Of a stretch of DNA of 64,000 bases, positions 1 to 12,204 are shown one piece after another. The first letter of the stretch is position 1. Each line of letters begins with the position of its first letter. The stretch is from contig OZ316895.1 in assembly GCA_973895155.1 (NCBI GenBank), forward strand, positions 6,620,084 to 6,684,083, given 5' to 3'. The notes beneath the pieces were generated by a model. The model made no database searches and was not told where the DNA came from. It saw only the letters and a program-made list of their open reading frames with translations. This DNA is from Marsupella aquatica (Eukaryota > Plantae > Marchantiophyta). Made by a program: the position numbers and the translations under genes.

Positions 1-339
1 ATGATACATTCTGCAAATCATTTATCTCTGCAATGGAGTCAAGATCTACATAGCATGAATCTGGCTCAATGGTATCATTGTCATGCTTGCTGATATCCTC
101 ATTTGCCCCAACATTGATATCATCCACTCCCTTGCCAATGTCATCCTCATCCAAACATGGTTGACTGCCCTCTGTCAAACAAGTTGCTTGTACAGACTGC
201 AACTTTGTTGCCTCTAAATTACAGCGAGTATTTACCAGGTTCTCATACTTCTTCTCTGTAGCACCTGTCTTATTCTCTATGGATACAACAACCACAATAT
301 ATGTTACTGAAAATAACACATTCAACAAACAATGTCAAT

Positions 340-3252
340 TCAAACTATACATTTAATAATCATATCCCACACAGTTGTAAAGGCCTTACCTTCAAGCCTA
401 CATGTCGTTGGCATGCCAGAAGAGTGCATCGACTTTGCCACCTCAAGTGGTGATGGTGGAACTCCTGCAGAATTGGAATCAATTTTATCTCTCACCGACA
501 CAACAGCTTCCATTAATGTCTTGAAGTTCACATGGAACAAGTCAGTCAATGAATTCAAACGTTCATTGATCTCTGGAAGACATGTTTCGACAGCCTTCAA
601 ACAACCACTTATCTCTGTAAGTGAAGATCCACCTCCCTACATGACACAGGGGTATAGGTTCAATCACTCCATATGAAATGTTGGGCAATATATGCACAAT
701 CAATGTTATATACAGTGTACACCTGAAATTCAACGCAGGTCATTCAATTACCAATCAGAACTCATATAACTTACATGCTTGGAGGATTCAGATGCACCCT
801 CTTGAGCCTGGGTGTTCACAATTTCAACCCTCAACTCTTCTTTTGAAGGGTTTTGCCCCAATTGGGCTTTCTGCACATGCATGGCAAACACAAGTTATCG
901 ATCAATATTCAGGGAACGTACACTAAAAAACAAAGTTTACATGTATGGGTTTACACTAAAAACAGTACATAGTGTAGCATAAATTACATAGCTAGGCCAT
1001 TCATTCTTACCAAACGTTTAGCTGTCGGTGCAGTGCCGGTCCTTCCTGTCAGATTAGGGTTCTGAACACTCAACCTGGCCTCGGTCATCTGCGAACTCTT
1101 CTTTTTTGAAGCATCTGTTACAAAATAAGCTACTAACCTTGCCCACACTTTATCACAACTGGCTGGTGGAGGCATATCTGGCTTCTCCCCACCTTCCTTC
1201 CAAGCCTTATGCATTCTCTACCTCTCTTGCTTGATAATTTTACCTGCTGTACTCTCTAGGCAACCTATGTCCACGCCATCATCACTGCCCACATAATTCC
1301 ATTTGGCAGCAACATTTTCACATACAGTCTTCCAATCTTTTGGATGTTGTTTTTTAAAATTAATAACACTCACATCTAACCAACGCAATACTTCAGCTTT
1401 CAAATCAGCATGCCATCGGTTCTTGCGAGGACACTCAGCATCCACCCATTGTCTCTCATTCAACTTTACGTTCCCTTTCTTTGTCACTGCTCTTGGTAGT
1501 ACTGGGCATTGTATTGGCCACCCCTTCATTCACCCTACCTGGGGTTCTGAAGCCACCTGGGAAAATACAATGCCATTCATGCTTGAGAACTACATATAGC
1601 AGAATGGATGACGGCAACATTCAATGCTTCACTTCAAGAAAAATTCTTCAAACATACATACCTGTAGCTCTGCCTGTAGATGCCTGTGCAAGGACTGCAC
1701 TCTGAAATTGTTGCGACCCTGGACCACCTGTCCAGCCTAGTACAGGGGCCGGATGATGTCACTTTCTAGGTATGTGTGTGCAAACATATGTACTGAAAAC
1801 TAAGTACAAACTGTAGGAAAACAACTGAACATTCACAGACATACCTGTCCCCCTTCCGTGCTGCATCTGCATAGGGGCATTAGTGAATACTTGAGTCGAT
1901 GGTTCGACTGTCCAACCTGCACACATACATTTTCTATCATTATACATGTGCAGAGTCCCCCCCACGTGAATGGACTCCACATATAATGAGTTCTTCCATT
2001 GCTGACAAGATCAGACATTACCTGCTCCTCTTCCAGCGTTTGTAGGTACTGAATTTTGATATCCCTGCCAATTACCTTCACCACCTTCCCAACCTTGTTC
2101 ATTCCACGACCCACCACCATCCTCCCAACCTGGTTCAACCCATGTCTGTCCTTGTGGACATTGGAATTGATCATTACTAGCATTTGCCCAATCAGGTTGG
2201 GCAGAATCTGCATGCAATGGTAGGTGGACAGAATTTCATGTTGTCTGAATCCAATACATCCCAAACAATGTCAAAAATTGATATGCAGTCTGAAATTCAG
2301 GAGTGCCATGCCTTCACAAAGAACTGGCATATAGATATATACTCACATCCCCATGGTTGAGGTGGACGTCCATACCCACGAGATTGTGGGTTTGGACCTG
2401 CTCTGCCTCTACCACGGGCATAACCTAGAGCTTGCCCCCTGCCATAGTATTGGGCACCAGCCTGGGATCTACCACTACTACCACCTCGCCAACCTTGATC
2501 AGAGGTCAGCCCCCCCTGCTGGTATGGTGCATGCACAGGCTTCGAAGGCAAAACAGAACTGGCAGGACGCTGCATCACATCACCAACTACAATGTCAGGA
2601 ACTAAGCAAGGTACATATGTGTAGTACTGAACATATGAAACCTCTAAACAAGAGTTTTTAACTCAAAACCTTGTTGGGAAAACTACTTACATGTTTCTTT
2701 TGGGGCTGCTCTGCAATGTATTCATCTTCATAACCCCCATCCTCATCCATTTCCTCTGGAAAATACTCATCATCTGCATCTTCTTGTCTAGTGTCTGCAC
2801 CCACCTGTGCAGCATCAATGTCATCTCCACATTCTGCCATTGTAGGTACGACCTTCTTGCTCAACCTGTCACTCCGACGCACAGGCCCAGAGATAGTGCT
2901 GGTCACCCTTCTTGCGTACTCCTTTTGTTTCTTTGAAAATGCTGTGGCTCTGCGACATTCCAATATGAGAATACAGTCACAATTTCAGTGCCACATTGAA
3001 CTATTCATGTCACACAAACTCAGCGGAGGGGTGTAGTTGAGAATCGTTCCCTTACAATTCAGCCACATCCTTTTCCAGATCCAGTTCTGCGATTTTGGCT
3101 TTCACGTATGCTCGTTGTTCCATAGCTTTCCTTTCATACTCACACATCTCTGTATCACTCTGTTCCATCCTACTGGACCACAAAAACATGTCATCTATGG
3201 TCACCCCGTATAACACAATGCAACCACAATCACCAGGCATCCATCCATACAT
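340..3252 (-). pseudogene. CACTA/En-Spm TnpA-like (Transposase_24/Ptta-type) multi-exon gene, fragmented; may continue past the window start
   Basis: Run of minus-strand ORF pieces directly downstream of TnpD; 984-1214 reads VWARLVAYF...KKKSSQMTEARLSVQNPNLTGRTG, typical of plant Ptta/En-Spm proteins; acidic and Gly/Gln-rich exons upstream; in-frame stop at 1218. Confidence 0.6.
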
Positions 3253-3324
3253 CTGTGTTGCTTCAGAATTACTTTATTACACATCCTTCCCCTCACTAAT
3301 GTCCATGCAAACAATTCACATTAC

Positions 3325-6300
3325 TCATGGCACAGACACACTGTTGGCATCTGCATCTCTGAATTCGCCTCCTTCAGCAAATGCATCTACCCTTGTCACA
3401 GGAATGAAGTCCCCGCTATCATGAACTACAGGCACTTGGTTTGAACGCCGACGATCAAAGGCACTATGAGAGTGTAAATGAAACTCAAGGTTTGATCCTT
3501 CCATCCGACGTTGCCTGGCCTGTTTATGACACACTACACGCCAACCTGGGGAGTCTTCCACATCCAGGAAGAAAGCTTGCTCCACCTGACTAGGAAACAC
3601 AAATGGCTCAGACCATTCGGGCAATTTCCCTCTGAAATTGGCCAGCAAGAAACCGTCGTTGTCTCTCTTCATGGTAGCCCTGTTACCAAGCCAATCCTGC
3701 CGCACCCATGAACCTTTCATAAGAATCACAGGACTGGACACCGCCCCATAGTCCAGAGCCCATATGTCAACTAATTCTCCCACATATCCCATCTCCATCC
3801 AGGCCCTGTCGTGATTGTGGCTCTGTTGCTCAAATACAGTGATGAGCCCGCAGTCATTCGTCACCTTGTAGGCATTGTCACCATCCTTCACTCGGAAGTG
3901 ATTCCCAAATGCTCTCATCCGTTTGTAAGTCTTCACTTTCAGGCTAGGGGCATTAGACAGTAGGTAAACATCTGCATCCATGTCTGGGTGGGTCTCGTGA
4001 TGCTCTCTAATTGCCACTCTGATCCACTCCATGAAACCTGGAAAAGTTGTTCCTGCAGTGGGATGGGCCGCCTTCAATGACTCATACTCCCTGAACGAAC
4101 AACCACATAGCATTAGCTTGGGTAAACATGAACAGGCTGAAGGAGAAAACCACACGAACACAACATTTAAGCTCATGAACTGGATTATAGCACATGTATG
4201 CACTCACTGTATCCAGGGTTCCATCACCACAGTGTTGTGCAATACAAAGTCATGTGCCAAGTCTCTCATAGATATGGTCAGGTTCTTTGTGGTTGCAGCC
4301 CCTTCCAGTACTTCACCTATCACCCCTTCCTCCTCATCAGAATTCCACACCCTGGTCTTCACATGCTCATATTGTGCTATGTATTCGGTCAGAAATCCCA
4401 GAGTCTCATCCTTGATGTAACCTTTAGCCATGCTTGCTTCAGGTTTGTAATATGTTCTCACGTGACCTTTGAGTAGCTTCATGTACCGTTCCAAAGGGTA
4501 CAACCAACGAGCACTCACAGGCCCAAATTGGTGTAGCTCTTCCACAACATGGACAAGTAGGTGGGTCATGACATCAAAAAATGCGGGAGGAAAATAAATC
4601 TCCAGGTCACACAGCACCTGAGCGACATCTTCTGTCAGTTGTGGGAAGTGTGTTTCATCCCAAACCTTCACACAAATACGACGAAACACATCACTGAGTC
4701 GCATGATCACAGTACGAACAGGCTTCTGCAACAGGCCCCTCAGGCATAAAGGCAATACCTGTTGCATCAACATATGGTAGTCATGGCTTTTCATACTACC
4801 AAGCTTTCTAGTCATGATATGCTTCTTGAAAGCACTGCCATAGTTTGAAGGAACCTTCAAAGAACTCAACCTCTACACAAATAGTTCCCACTCTGTGTCT
4901 GTCAGAACATAGGGCACTTGGTACTTCAAGAGCACATCAGCTCTGTGGGCATGTGGCCTCAACCAAAGATGGGGTTTCATTCCCCTCTGTTCAAGATCCA
5001 ATCTCACTGAACCAGTGTCTTTCTCTCCACACAAGAATCTGAGTAGACTCTCACAAATATTCTTTTCAATGTGCATAACATCAATGTTATGTTTGCTTGG
5101 CTCAAACTCCTGCATCGTTGCAATGCAAAAGCGTCAGGAAATGCCTCAAGTTTAGTCTCTCTCTTCGAAATGAATGCACATGCTCTGAACCAAAACATGT
5201 ATCCCAATTAGCATCAACTCCAAGAGGCTTACCCTCCAGTACTTGAGCTCCAAGTCCAATATGCTCAGTCTTTTTACACCATATCGCTTTATTGGATCAC
5301 TCACTCCATCTTCCCTGCCCCCTCGTTTGATATAGTCATCCCTCAGTGCTCCCCACTGCCTGATCTCCTCTTTGGTCACTCGTGCCGGGGGTCCACGTTG
5401 CTCAATCTCATTGCCAAAGTGTGCAATCAGTGCCTGTCTTTCTCTGTAAGGGTGATCTGCCTTCAGAAAACGACGATGGCCCATGTATATCACTTTCTGC
5501 AGGGCTCTGGAGTACTCACTGGTGACATTGCGCCCACAGATAGTACAAGCACAATATCCTTTTGTTGTTTGGCCTGATATCATCCCATGGGCTGGGTAGT
5601 CAGCTATAGTCAGAATGACAATGGCTCTAAGGATGAATGGGTTTAACCTCCCAAGCCTCTGTAGGACATCATATGTGAGAACTCCTTCCTCCCAAAGCTT
5701 TCTCAATTCCTCCACTAGGGGAGCAAGAAACACATCTATGTTGGCAGATACAGCACTGTCTGGCCCTGGTATCAGTAGGACCATCAGAACAAAAAATCGC
5801 TTTGTAGTCATCCAAGGAGGAAGGTTATAATTCAAAATAGTTACAGGCCAGCACGAAAATTTGTTGTTCTTGTCTCCAAATGGGTTTACCCCATCCAATG
5901 ATAGCCCAAGTCTGACATTCCTCGGCTCAGCAGCAAATTCGGGATACATCTCATCTATGAGTTTCCATTGCCTTGAATCTGCAGCATGTCGTTGTAGCCC
6001 ATCATCACTTTTCTTGTCAGTTGCCCAAGTCATCATCTCCGAGATGGCACGGCTTCTGAACATCCGCTGAAGTCTGGGAATGAGTGGAAAATGACGAAGT
6101 ACCTTGGCGGGAACCATAGACTTTCCTGAGTTCCGATACTTGTGCTTCCCACACTTAGGGCATGTCAACGATTCTTTATACTCCTTTCTGAAAAGAACAT
6201 GCCCATCAGGACAGGCATGGATCGAATCATAGTTCAATCCAAGATTAGATATGCATCTTTTTGCCTCGTACATGTTCTTGGGCAAAATATTACCATCTGG

Positions 6301-6915
6301 TAGCACAGTTGTTCGCAAGAATGCCAACAACTCAGAAACCAAAACGTTGGGGACATTGTGGTTGCCGCAAATGTTCAGGAACATGATGACAAATCCCAGT
6401 TTAGAACATTTGCTACCGGGGTACAAAGACTTCCTGCCTTCCTGTATTTGCAGGGGAGAGCCAAACATCCCATCATGCCCAGGGGTTTCCTGCCCTATCT
6501 CAAACTCATCAAGAGGCTCTTCGACAGGGGGCACACTTGCATCTGCAGCCGTATCCTCTTTGTTGTCCAGCCCATCATGAAATGCATCCAAGTCTTGGAA
6601 GATGTCTCTCACCATCTCTTCCACATGAATTCCTTCGTCACGTGGTGCTGCCTGAGCACCATCCCGTTGGAGAGCTGACAACCCACAGAGACCAGCTACA
6701 ACATTTTCAAATGCACCAGGCAGAACCTCACTTGCCCGTCTTGCAGCATTGGCAGCATCAAATTCTAACCTCCACTCCTTGTCGGAAGAATCTTCCTCTG
6801 CAGGATCATTCCAAACTCGATGTCGTGGATCTCTTCCATGAACCGCGATATGCCGCCAAACCTCATTCAGACCCCTGGTACGGGATCCTTGGCAGATTGC
6901 ACAAGGACATCTCAT
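3325..6915 (-). pseudogene. CACTA/En-Spm TnpD transposase (Transposase_21 + DUF4218 + DUF4216), with one in-frame stop
   Basis: Motifs IHACPDGHVLFRKEY, LRHFPLIPRLQRMF, FAAEPRNVRLGLSLDGVNPF, IADYPAHGMISG, IDVMHIEKNICES, MKSHDYHMLMQ, FPPAFFDVMTHLLVHVV, WLYPLERYM, EPFVFPSQVEQAFF; GT-AG introns at about 5110-5232 and 4093-4207; TAG at about 4873-4875 inside an exon. Confidence 0.92.
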
Positions 6916-7489
6916 CCTACTGGCTCCTGAAAGTCTGGTTCGTAACCTTTCACGCTACCAAAGCTTATTATCATGGCGTGATATCCTTGTGGGATGATGC
7001 AAAGGCAGTGCCTGTGCCCTGGGCTGGGTCTGGGGAGGGTGGTGACCAGGGTGCATTGTAACAGGCTGGGAGCTCTGCAGTCATGGACAGCAGTGAACAA
7101 GGATGCCTAATGGTGGTATTTGTGTTCCATATATCCCTGTCTGTATCTGCCAAAAGAGTTAACATAACGTGTACTAAATTCTCACAACCCCTAAACCACC
7201 CCAAAAGAAAAAAACAGGTTCGCAAGTAGTGTACCTATTGTCAAGTGAATGACACAAAATTCCTAAATGTTGGAGGGTGTCACCACCTCCTCCGCTGTCC
7301 TCAAATGTACCGCCTCTGCATGTACGTTTACAGTGACACCCCCAGGCAGCAGGAAACAACAATCCGCCAACAGTAAAATAAGCCCAACTGCCACCAACCA
7401 TAACAAGGTACATTAGTTCAAAGATCACATTTATTTCAATGATCTGATTTATACAAAAAAACTTGTGTCCAAACTGATGCTACTACTCC

Positions 7490-8368
7490 TCACTCTGATT
7501 CAGAATCGCTAATGACCCATTCCTCACTTGTTGTCTCATAGTCCTCTCTATAAGGATCCTGACCCTTCCGTGGCCAGGCCTCAAAAAGATCATAGTCCAT
7601 TGGGTTTTGACGCTTCCCAGCTGCTACTGATTCCACAAGCCAAGCATATGAAACCACAAACACATTATGGGACATGACATAAAAGCGAATGTCTCCCTTT
7701 CCAAACTTGCGGCAGGCTTTGGGATATGACTTAGTAATGACATGAGTGGTGTCCTCTGTTATATTCTCCTCCACTGTCCCACCTAGGTCAAGCACTGTGG
7801 ACTTGTACACTTTGCACTTAACCTCTCCAATTCCCGCCTCCACAAATACCATGCTCAGCCCTTTCAGAATGGGGGTTGGTTGCTTCGTCTCCTCAGCCAA
7901 CATACTCTTCAGCCTTGTAGAGCTCTGTCCTTTGTTGAGTACAGGTCCATATTGGAGATCAGCAAGCCGTGCCTTTGCTTCCCAGACTTCTTGTTCAGCC
8001 CAAGCTGATGTAGTAGCTTCTTCATCCTCCCACAACTCATATTGCTCAGTATCCTGTACAATCTTATGTGCTATGGAATCTGTGATCCAAGAGGCCTCAA
8101 CTACTTTTAGGCCTTGCTTAGTAATTGCAGAATTCATGTAGGACCATGACCACTTCTTTATCACTGATAGCCATGTCCCTGCAACAACATCTGTAGTCTC
8201 TGGAGTGATGTCCTGAACTACAGTGCCATGGAGCTCAGAGAATCGTTTCTGTACAGTTGGCCAATGCACTTTGGTCAACCCATGCTGGCCATGGACCAAA
8301 ATCGCTCTGACCCCTGTAAACACTGCTGGGTGGTCACACTTTCTACGTTTACCAGGCTCCATGTACAC
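7490..8368 (-). CDS. Tandem BRCT-domain protein (two BRCT repeats resembling the plant DNA polymerase lambda N-terminal BRCT), probable CACTA cargo
   Basis: Two repeats with BRCT hallmarks: HGTVVQDITPETTDVVA...VVEASWITDS and LGGTVEENITEDTTHVIT...VVSYAWLVESVAAGK; 292-aa open frame, same strand as the transposase. Confidence 0.75.
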   Translation of the reverse strand: MYMEPGKRRKCDHPAVFTGVRAILVHGQHGLTKVHWPTVQKRFSELHGTVVQDITPETTDVVAGTWLSVIKKWSWSYMNSAITKQGLKVVEASWITDSIAHKIVQDTEQYELWEDEEATTSAWAEQEVWEAKARLADLQYGPVLNKGQSSTRLKSMLAEETKQPTPILKGLSMVFVEAGIGEVKCKVYKSTVLDLGGTVEENITEDTTHVITKSYPKACRKFGKGDIRFYVMSHNVFVVSYAWLVESVAAGKRQNPMDYDLFEAWPRKGQDPYREDYETTSEEWVISDSESE

Positions 8369-8954
8369 ACACCCTACGTGATGACAGTGAATTTTGGAAG
8401 AATGGGTTCACCTGACAATACAAGGACAACAAAATTCCTGCTTTTTGAGTTGATCTGGCCCACTGGTGCTCAGGTCCGATTTTGATAGGTACAAGGGATA
8501 TGTGAACAATACGTACTAGGCACCTGCACGGATGCAGGACATTGTTTGAATATATACTACAAAATCCATATCCGTGGTGAAATGAAGTGCAACCAACTTG
8601 TCATGGCACATACATATTTTGTTGTAAAGGAGGATACATTCAATGACAAACTTATAGGGCAATTTGATTAATTGCATGCCTGATAATTTATACGCTTACA
8701 ACTTAGAAGTCCTGTTTTAATTTAGCAGTCTGATGAAAGTGTTTATGAAAATGACCACTCAGCCTAAATACTTCCAAGAAGGCTTGTAAGGATAAGTTTG
8801 TATAGGCATGTACCCAGCCACTGACGCCAGAGCACAAGATAAGTGCTGCCTATATAAACTCGCCTACCCAACTCCTTTTCAAAATTGGAATCTCTGCAAT
8901 CTCAAAAAATAGTACATCCACATCAGGTGCACTATGCATGTACAATGTTCAGCT

Positions 8955-9635
8955 TCACAGCCAAGATATGTGATCTCTCACAGGAGTGCGCGAGGTAGGA
9001 TCAATGGCATGGCGATGACAATAAAATATCCATCGATCAACACCATGTGCAGAGTGATCATAGATTTCTCTGTCACAAGCATAACCCTCTGCTTGATGAT
9101 CTTTCAGGCAATGATAGTGCCACATAGTGGGACACCTAGCACAGTGGACTATGTCAGTCCAGTAGTCATCATCATGCTCACCACATGCCTTGCACCTATG
9201 AAGTGGGCAAGCTGTGGCATGAGCAGGCAAACACTCAAAACAGAAAAATCTCACACAAAAACGGTCTGGACATTTCCTAACATTTGCTGCAGCATCAACA
9301 GAGCCCTCATAGGACCCCAACTTCCCACACTGTGCACACTTAGCCTGCTTCTCCAAACAATCAGTGCACATCCAGTCTCCCTGGTGTGTTGACGGGAGGC
9401 CCACCCCTGGACAGTTGTTTTCTACAGCAAGGTCAGACTCCGGGTTGAGGTGGAAATGCCTCATGCAAGGGCCCTCACAAATGACCAGGCCCCCACCATC
9501 GTCACAAATGGCACAACAATGAGCTGCCTTCTGGAAAATCTGACTTGCAGAGAAGTTAGTAGCATCTGCCCCAAGTACACCTGTGTTTCTCACCTCTGTC
9601 ACACGCTTTTTGGCTTGAATTTTAGGCCGTGCCAT
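8955..9635 (-). CDS. Stand-alone EDM2-type composite PHD-finger protein (PHD module only), probable CACTA cargo
   Basis: CAICDDGGGLVICEGPCMRHFH...CTDCLEKQAKCAQCGKLGS...CPLHRCKAC...CARCPTMWHYHCL...IFYCHRHAIDPTSRTPVRDHI follows the Cys/His layout and the TPVRDH tail of the EDM2 PHD region. Confidence 0.8.
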   Translation of the reverse strand: MARPKIQAKKRVTEVRNTGVLGADATNFSASQIFQKAAHCCAICDDGGGLVICEGPCMRHFHLNPESDLAVENNCPGVGLPSTHQGDWMCTDCLEKQAKCAQCGKLGSYEGSVDAAANVRKCPDRFCVRFFCFECLPAHATACPLHRCKACGEHDDDYWTDIVHCARCPTMWHYHCLKDHQAEGYACDREIYDHSAHGVDRWIFYCHRHAIDPTSRTPVRDHISWL

Positions 9636-9646
9636 GCCTGCGCATG

Positions 9647-9790
9647 AGATAGACTCTACAATTTAGCAGACTGCACAGAAAGTAAAATATATTTAGCATT
9701 TAAGGTACAAAGGCATTTAGATAGACTCTACAATTTAGCAAACTGCACAGAAAGTAAAATATATTTAGCATTTAAGGTACAAAGGCATTT
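9647..9790. repeat. Two-copy tandem duplication of about 72 bp
   Basis: agatagactctacaatttagca...aaggtacaaaggcattt occurs twice in tandem. Confidence 0.85.
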
Positions 9791-10407
9791 GCTATTGCAA
9801 TGAATTGGAATGGCCACACAAGGATGCAGAGCACACATACTTTTGGTATGTTGAGCCCACACACAAAACTGATCCCCTAATACAATTTCTCCACCAACAC
9901 CTCAATTTTAATTGTGGCTATGATTCACCAAAGGAGATCTGCAACAACATTTCATGCATTTGAATCACATACAATAGTCGTGACATGTAAAACAGGCATT
10001 CTTCGAAGAGGATTGGTATGAAGCAGTGTCATAAGGGTTGAAATTTATACATCCTAAATAGGTTATGATAGTGGCTGAGACAAATAAGTGAGGCATAAAT
10101 CACATTTTGCATATTATCACATGGCCCATTAATTCATTCAACGTTGCAATGTTCACCAGGTTAAAGCAGCCATGAAAGCAGTCTTTCAATAGAGACTTTT
10201 ATGCGAGTTTGCTAGCCTCTTAAATTAGGATATTTTGCTTAGTGCAGGCATAATAGGATATAAGTTATGTACTGTTGACCCTAAACCCTGGACCCAAAAT
10301 TGCTCATACATCAAAATTTTAAGTAAATATCCTCTGTGTTGAAGTCAGAGTGTTAAGCTATAGGTCAATGGTATCTGGTCTGTGCATGCGGTGTGACAAG
10401 TGGTCCT

Positions 10408-10857
10408 CTAGAGCATGTGATCCAAACATGTGTAGACACCAAAGTCACCGGTGGTGGGGTCTGGGAGGGCAGGACAAGTGACATCACCAGGCACACTGCA
10501 GGATGGCGAGTGGTTCCAGATGATACATTGTGCTCTGTGCAAAAATCGGCATCCAAGAGAACGGTCATCCAATTCTGGGCCAGAAGCCCTACAGGCAGGA
10601 CAGTCATATTGGCAACTGTGTACACACCCTTGGCACCTAATTTGTGGCGGGTCATGTACAAGAGACACAAATACCAAGGATGTCGGGAAGGGTACTGAAG
10701 CAAGTAGAGGCCGGCTGTAGTTGTTCCTGGAAACAACAGGGTACTCAAAGTACCATGCAGACTGGGCTGGAAGGATCCCAAGTCTGACATACTCAAGGCG
10801 CAACATCTCTGCCTTGCGTGCAAGTCGCACATGTTCAGCGTTGCGGGTCCTCACCAT
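10408..10857 (-). CDS. Small protein with a Cys-rich, MYND/HIT-like zinc finger
   Basis: RCQGCVHSCQYDCPACR...FLHRAQCIIWNHSPSC (CxxC-x7-CxxC...C-x4-H-x3-C); same strand as the neighbouring cargo ORFs. Confidence 0.4.
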   Translation of the reverse strand: MVRTRNAEHVRLARKAEMLRLEYVRLGILPAQSAWYFEYPVVSRNNYSRPLLASVPFPTSLVFVSLVHDPPQIRCQGCVHSCQYDCPACRASGPELDDRSLGCRFLHRAQCIIWNHSPSCSVPGDVTCPALPDPTTGDFGVYTCLDHML

Positions 10858-11864
10858 AAGTGTTGCTTTCGTTGTGATGTCCTCTGTTCACGTCCTTTGA
10901 TGAGCAAGGTGAGCAGGAGGTCGACTTGCCTCGCCAACAACAACCACCTAAACTAATCAGTTCCCACTCATTGTCTTGGTTCCAACTACAGGTCATAGTA
11001 TACACATAGCATGAAACGTGCATAGTACATATTTGATTCTGAGTTTATGAGTTTCCTAAGACAAAGAGCTTGGTGATAAACCCATATTCTCGACGGACAT
11101 GTATATCAATCATATTAAACTCCTGTTTTTTCATCCAGAAGACCGAAAGTCTCACCTTGCAGGTTGCAGCAGAGAGAAAATTCACTAGTTGTCATGTTGT
11201 GCAAGTGAACCTCCACTGATGCCCCGGTGTAGCCCCTCAGATGCAGGTGACACTTACCAACTCCCAAGTTGCCTGGTCTAACAGAAAATGCTTATATCTT
11301 CAGAACTTTATAGAGCAAGTACATGATCACATACTTCTGGATCTATTCATATTTGGAACTCTTGCCAACTACAACTCCCATTATGCACAAGCTCACATCA
11401 ACAGAGAAAGATACAAAATGCATACTTACTATGGCTCTAAGCACCTTCACTACCTTGTTGAACCCAGTCCTGAAGTCTTTTCAGCGTGTTTGTTGTGCTG
11501 TCTCCTTTGGCACCCAACACCTCAGTCCTTGATGTAACAGAATGCGATTTTACAAGTTAGATGCTTTGGAACCTTCTATGGTCTTAGCTGAATTGATGTC
11601 ATCGTAAGTGGTGAAAGACAAGGAAGACGAAAGCTGGTTGAAGAGCTGTGGACAACACACTAGCATGAAGTGCTTCAACCAATCCACTGCCAAACGGAAC
11701 TCTTACACAGTCACATTCTTTCAGTAAACAGAAACTCAGTCAAACTTCATAATCAAAGTACAGACTCTGAAGGACCAAAGGAGGATGTTGTGAGTTTCTT
11801 TGTTGTTTAATGTGTTACCCTTCTAGTTTCGAAGTTAGCAAATGCTGAATAATGTGTCTACCAG

Positions 11865-12204
11865 ATCTTCGAAAAGAAGCCCACCACAATTAAGAACTTC
11901 GGTATCTGGGTGAGGTATCAGAGTTGTACAGGTTATCCCAACATGTACAAGAAATATCGTGATACCACATTAAACAACCACACAGCAGATGTATGATGAG
12001 ACGGCTTCTTGTCATAGAGTTCGGTTCCCTTGCATCCAGATCATCAAGACTACGACAGTCCCTGTCTCTCTGTGCAAGCGAGAAAGTACCAAGCAGTTCC
12101 ATGATTCAAAGATCAAGTTCCCCTTGACGTACCGCAAGATTCAACCTCCATCGCGAAAGCTAAAGACGACTTACAAGGCCACCAAGCCCAACACATTTGT
12201 TTGA
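11865..12204 (+). pseudogene. RPL18A: 60S ribosomal protein L18a (eL20) C-terminal exon fragment with a frameshift
   Basis: [20 protein letters not shown]...[12 protein letters not shown], then in another frame [22 protein letters not shown]...[18 protein letters not shown]...[10 protein letters not shown]; preceded by a CAG splice acceptor at 11862-11864. Confidence 0.9.
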
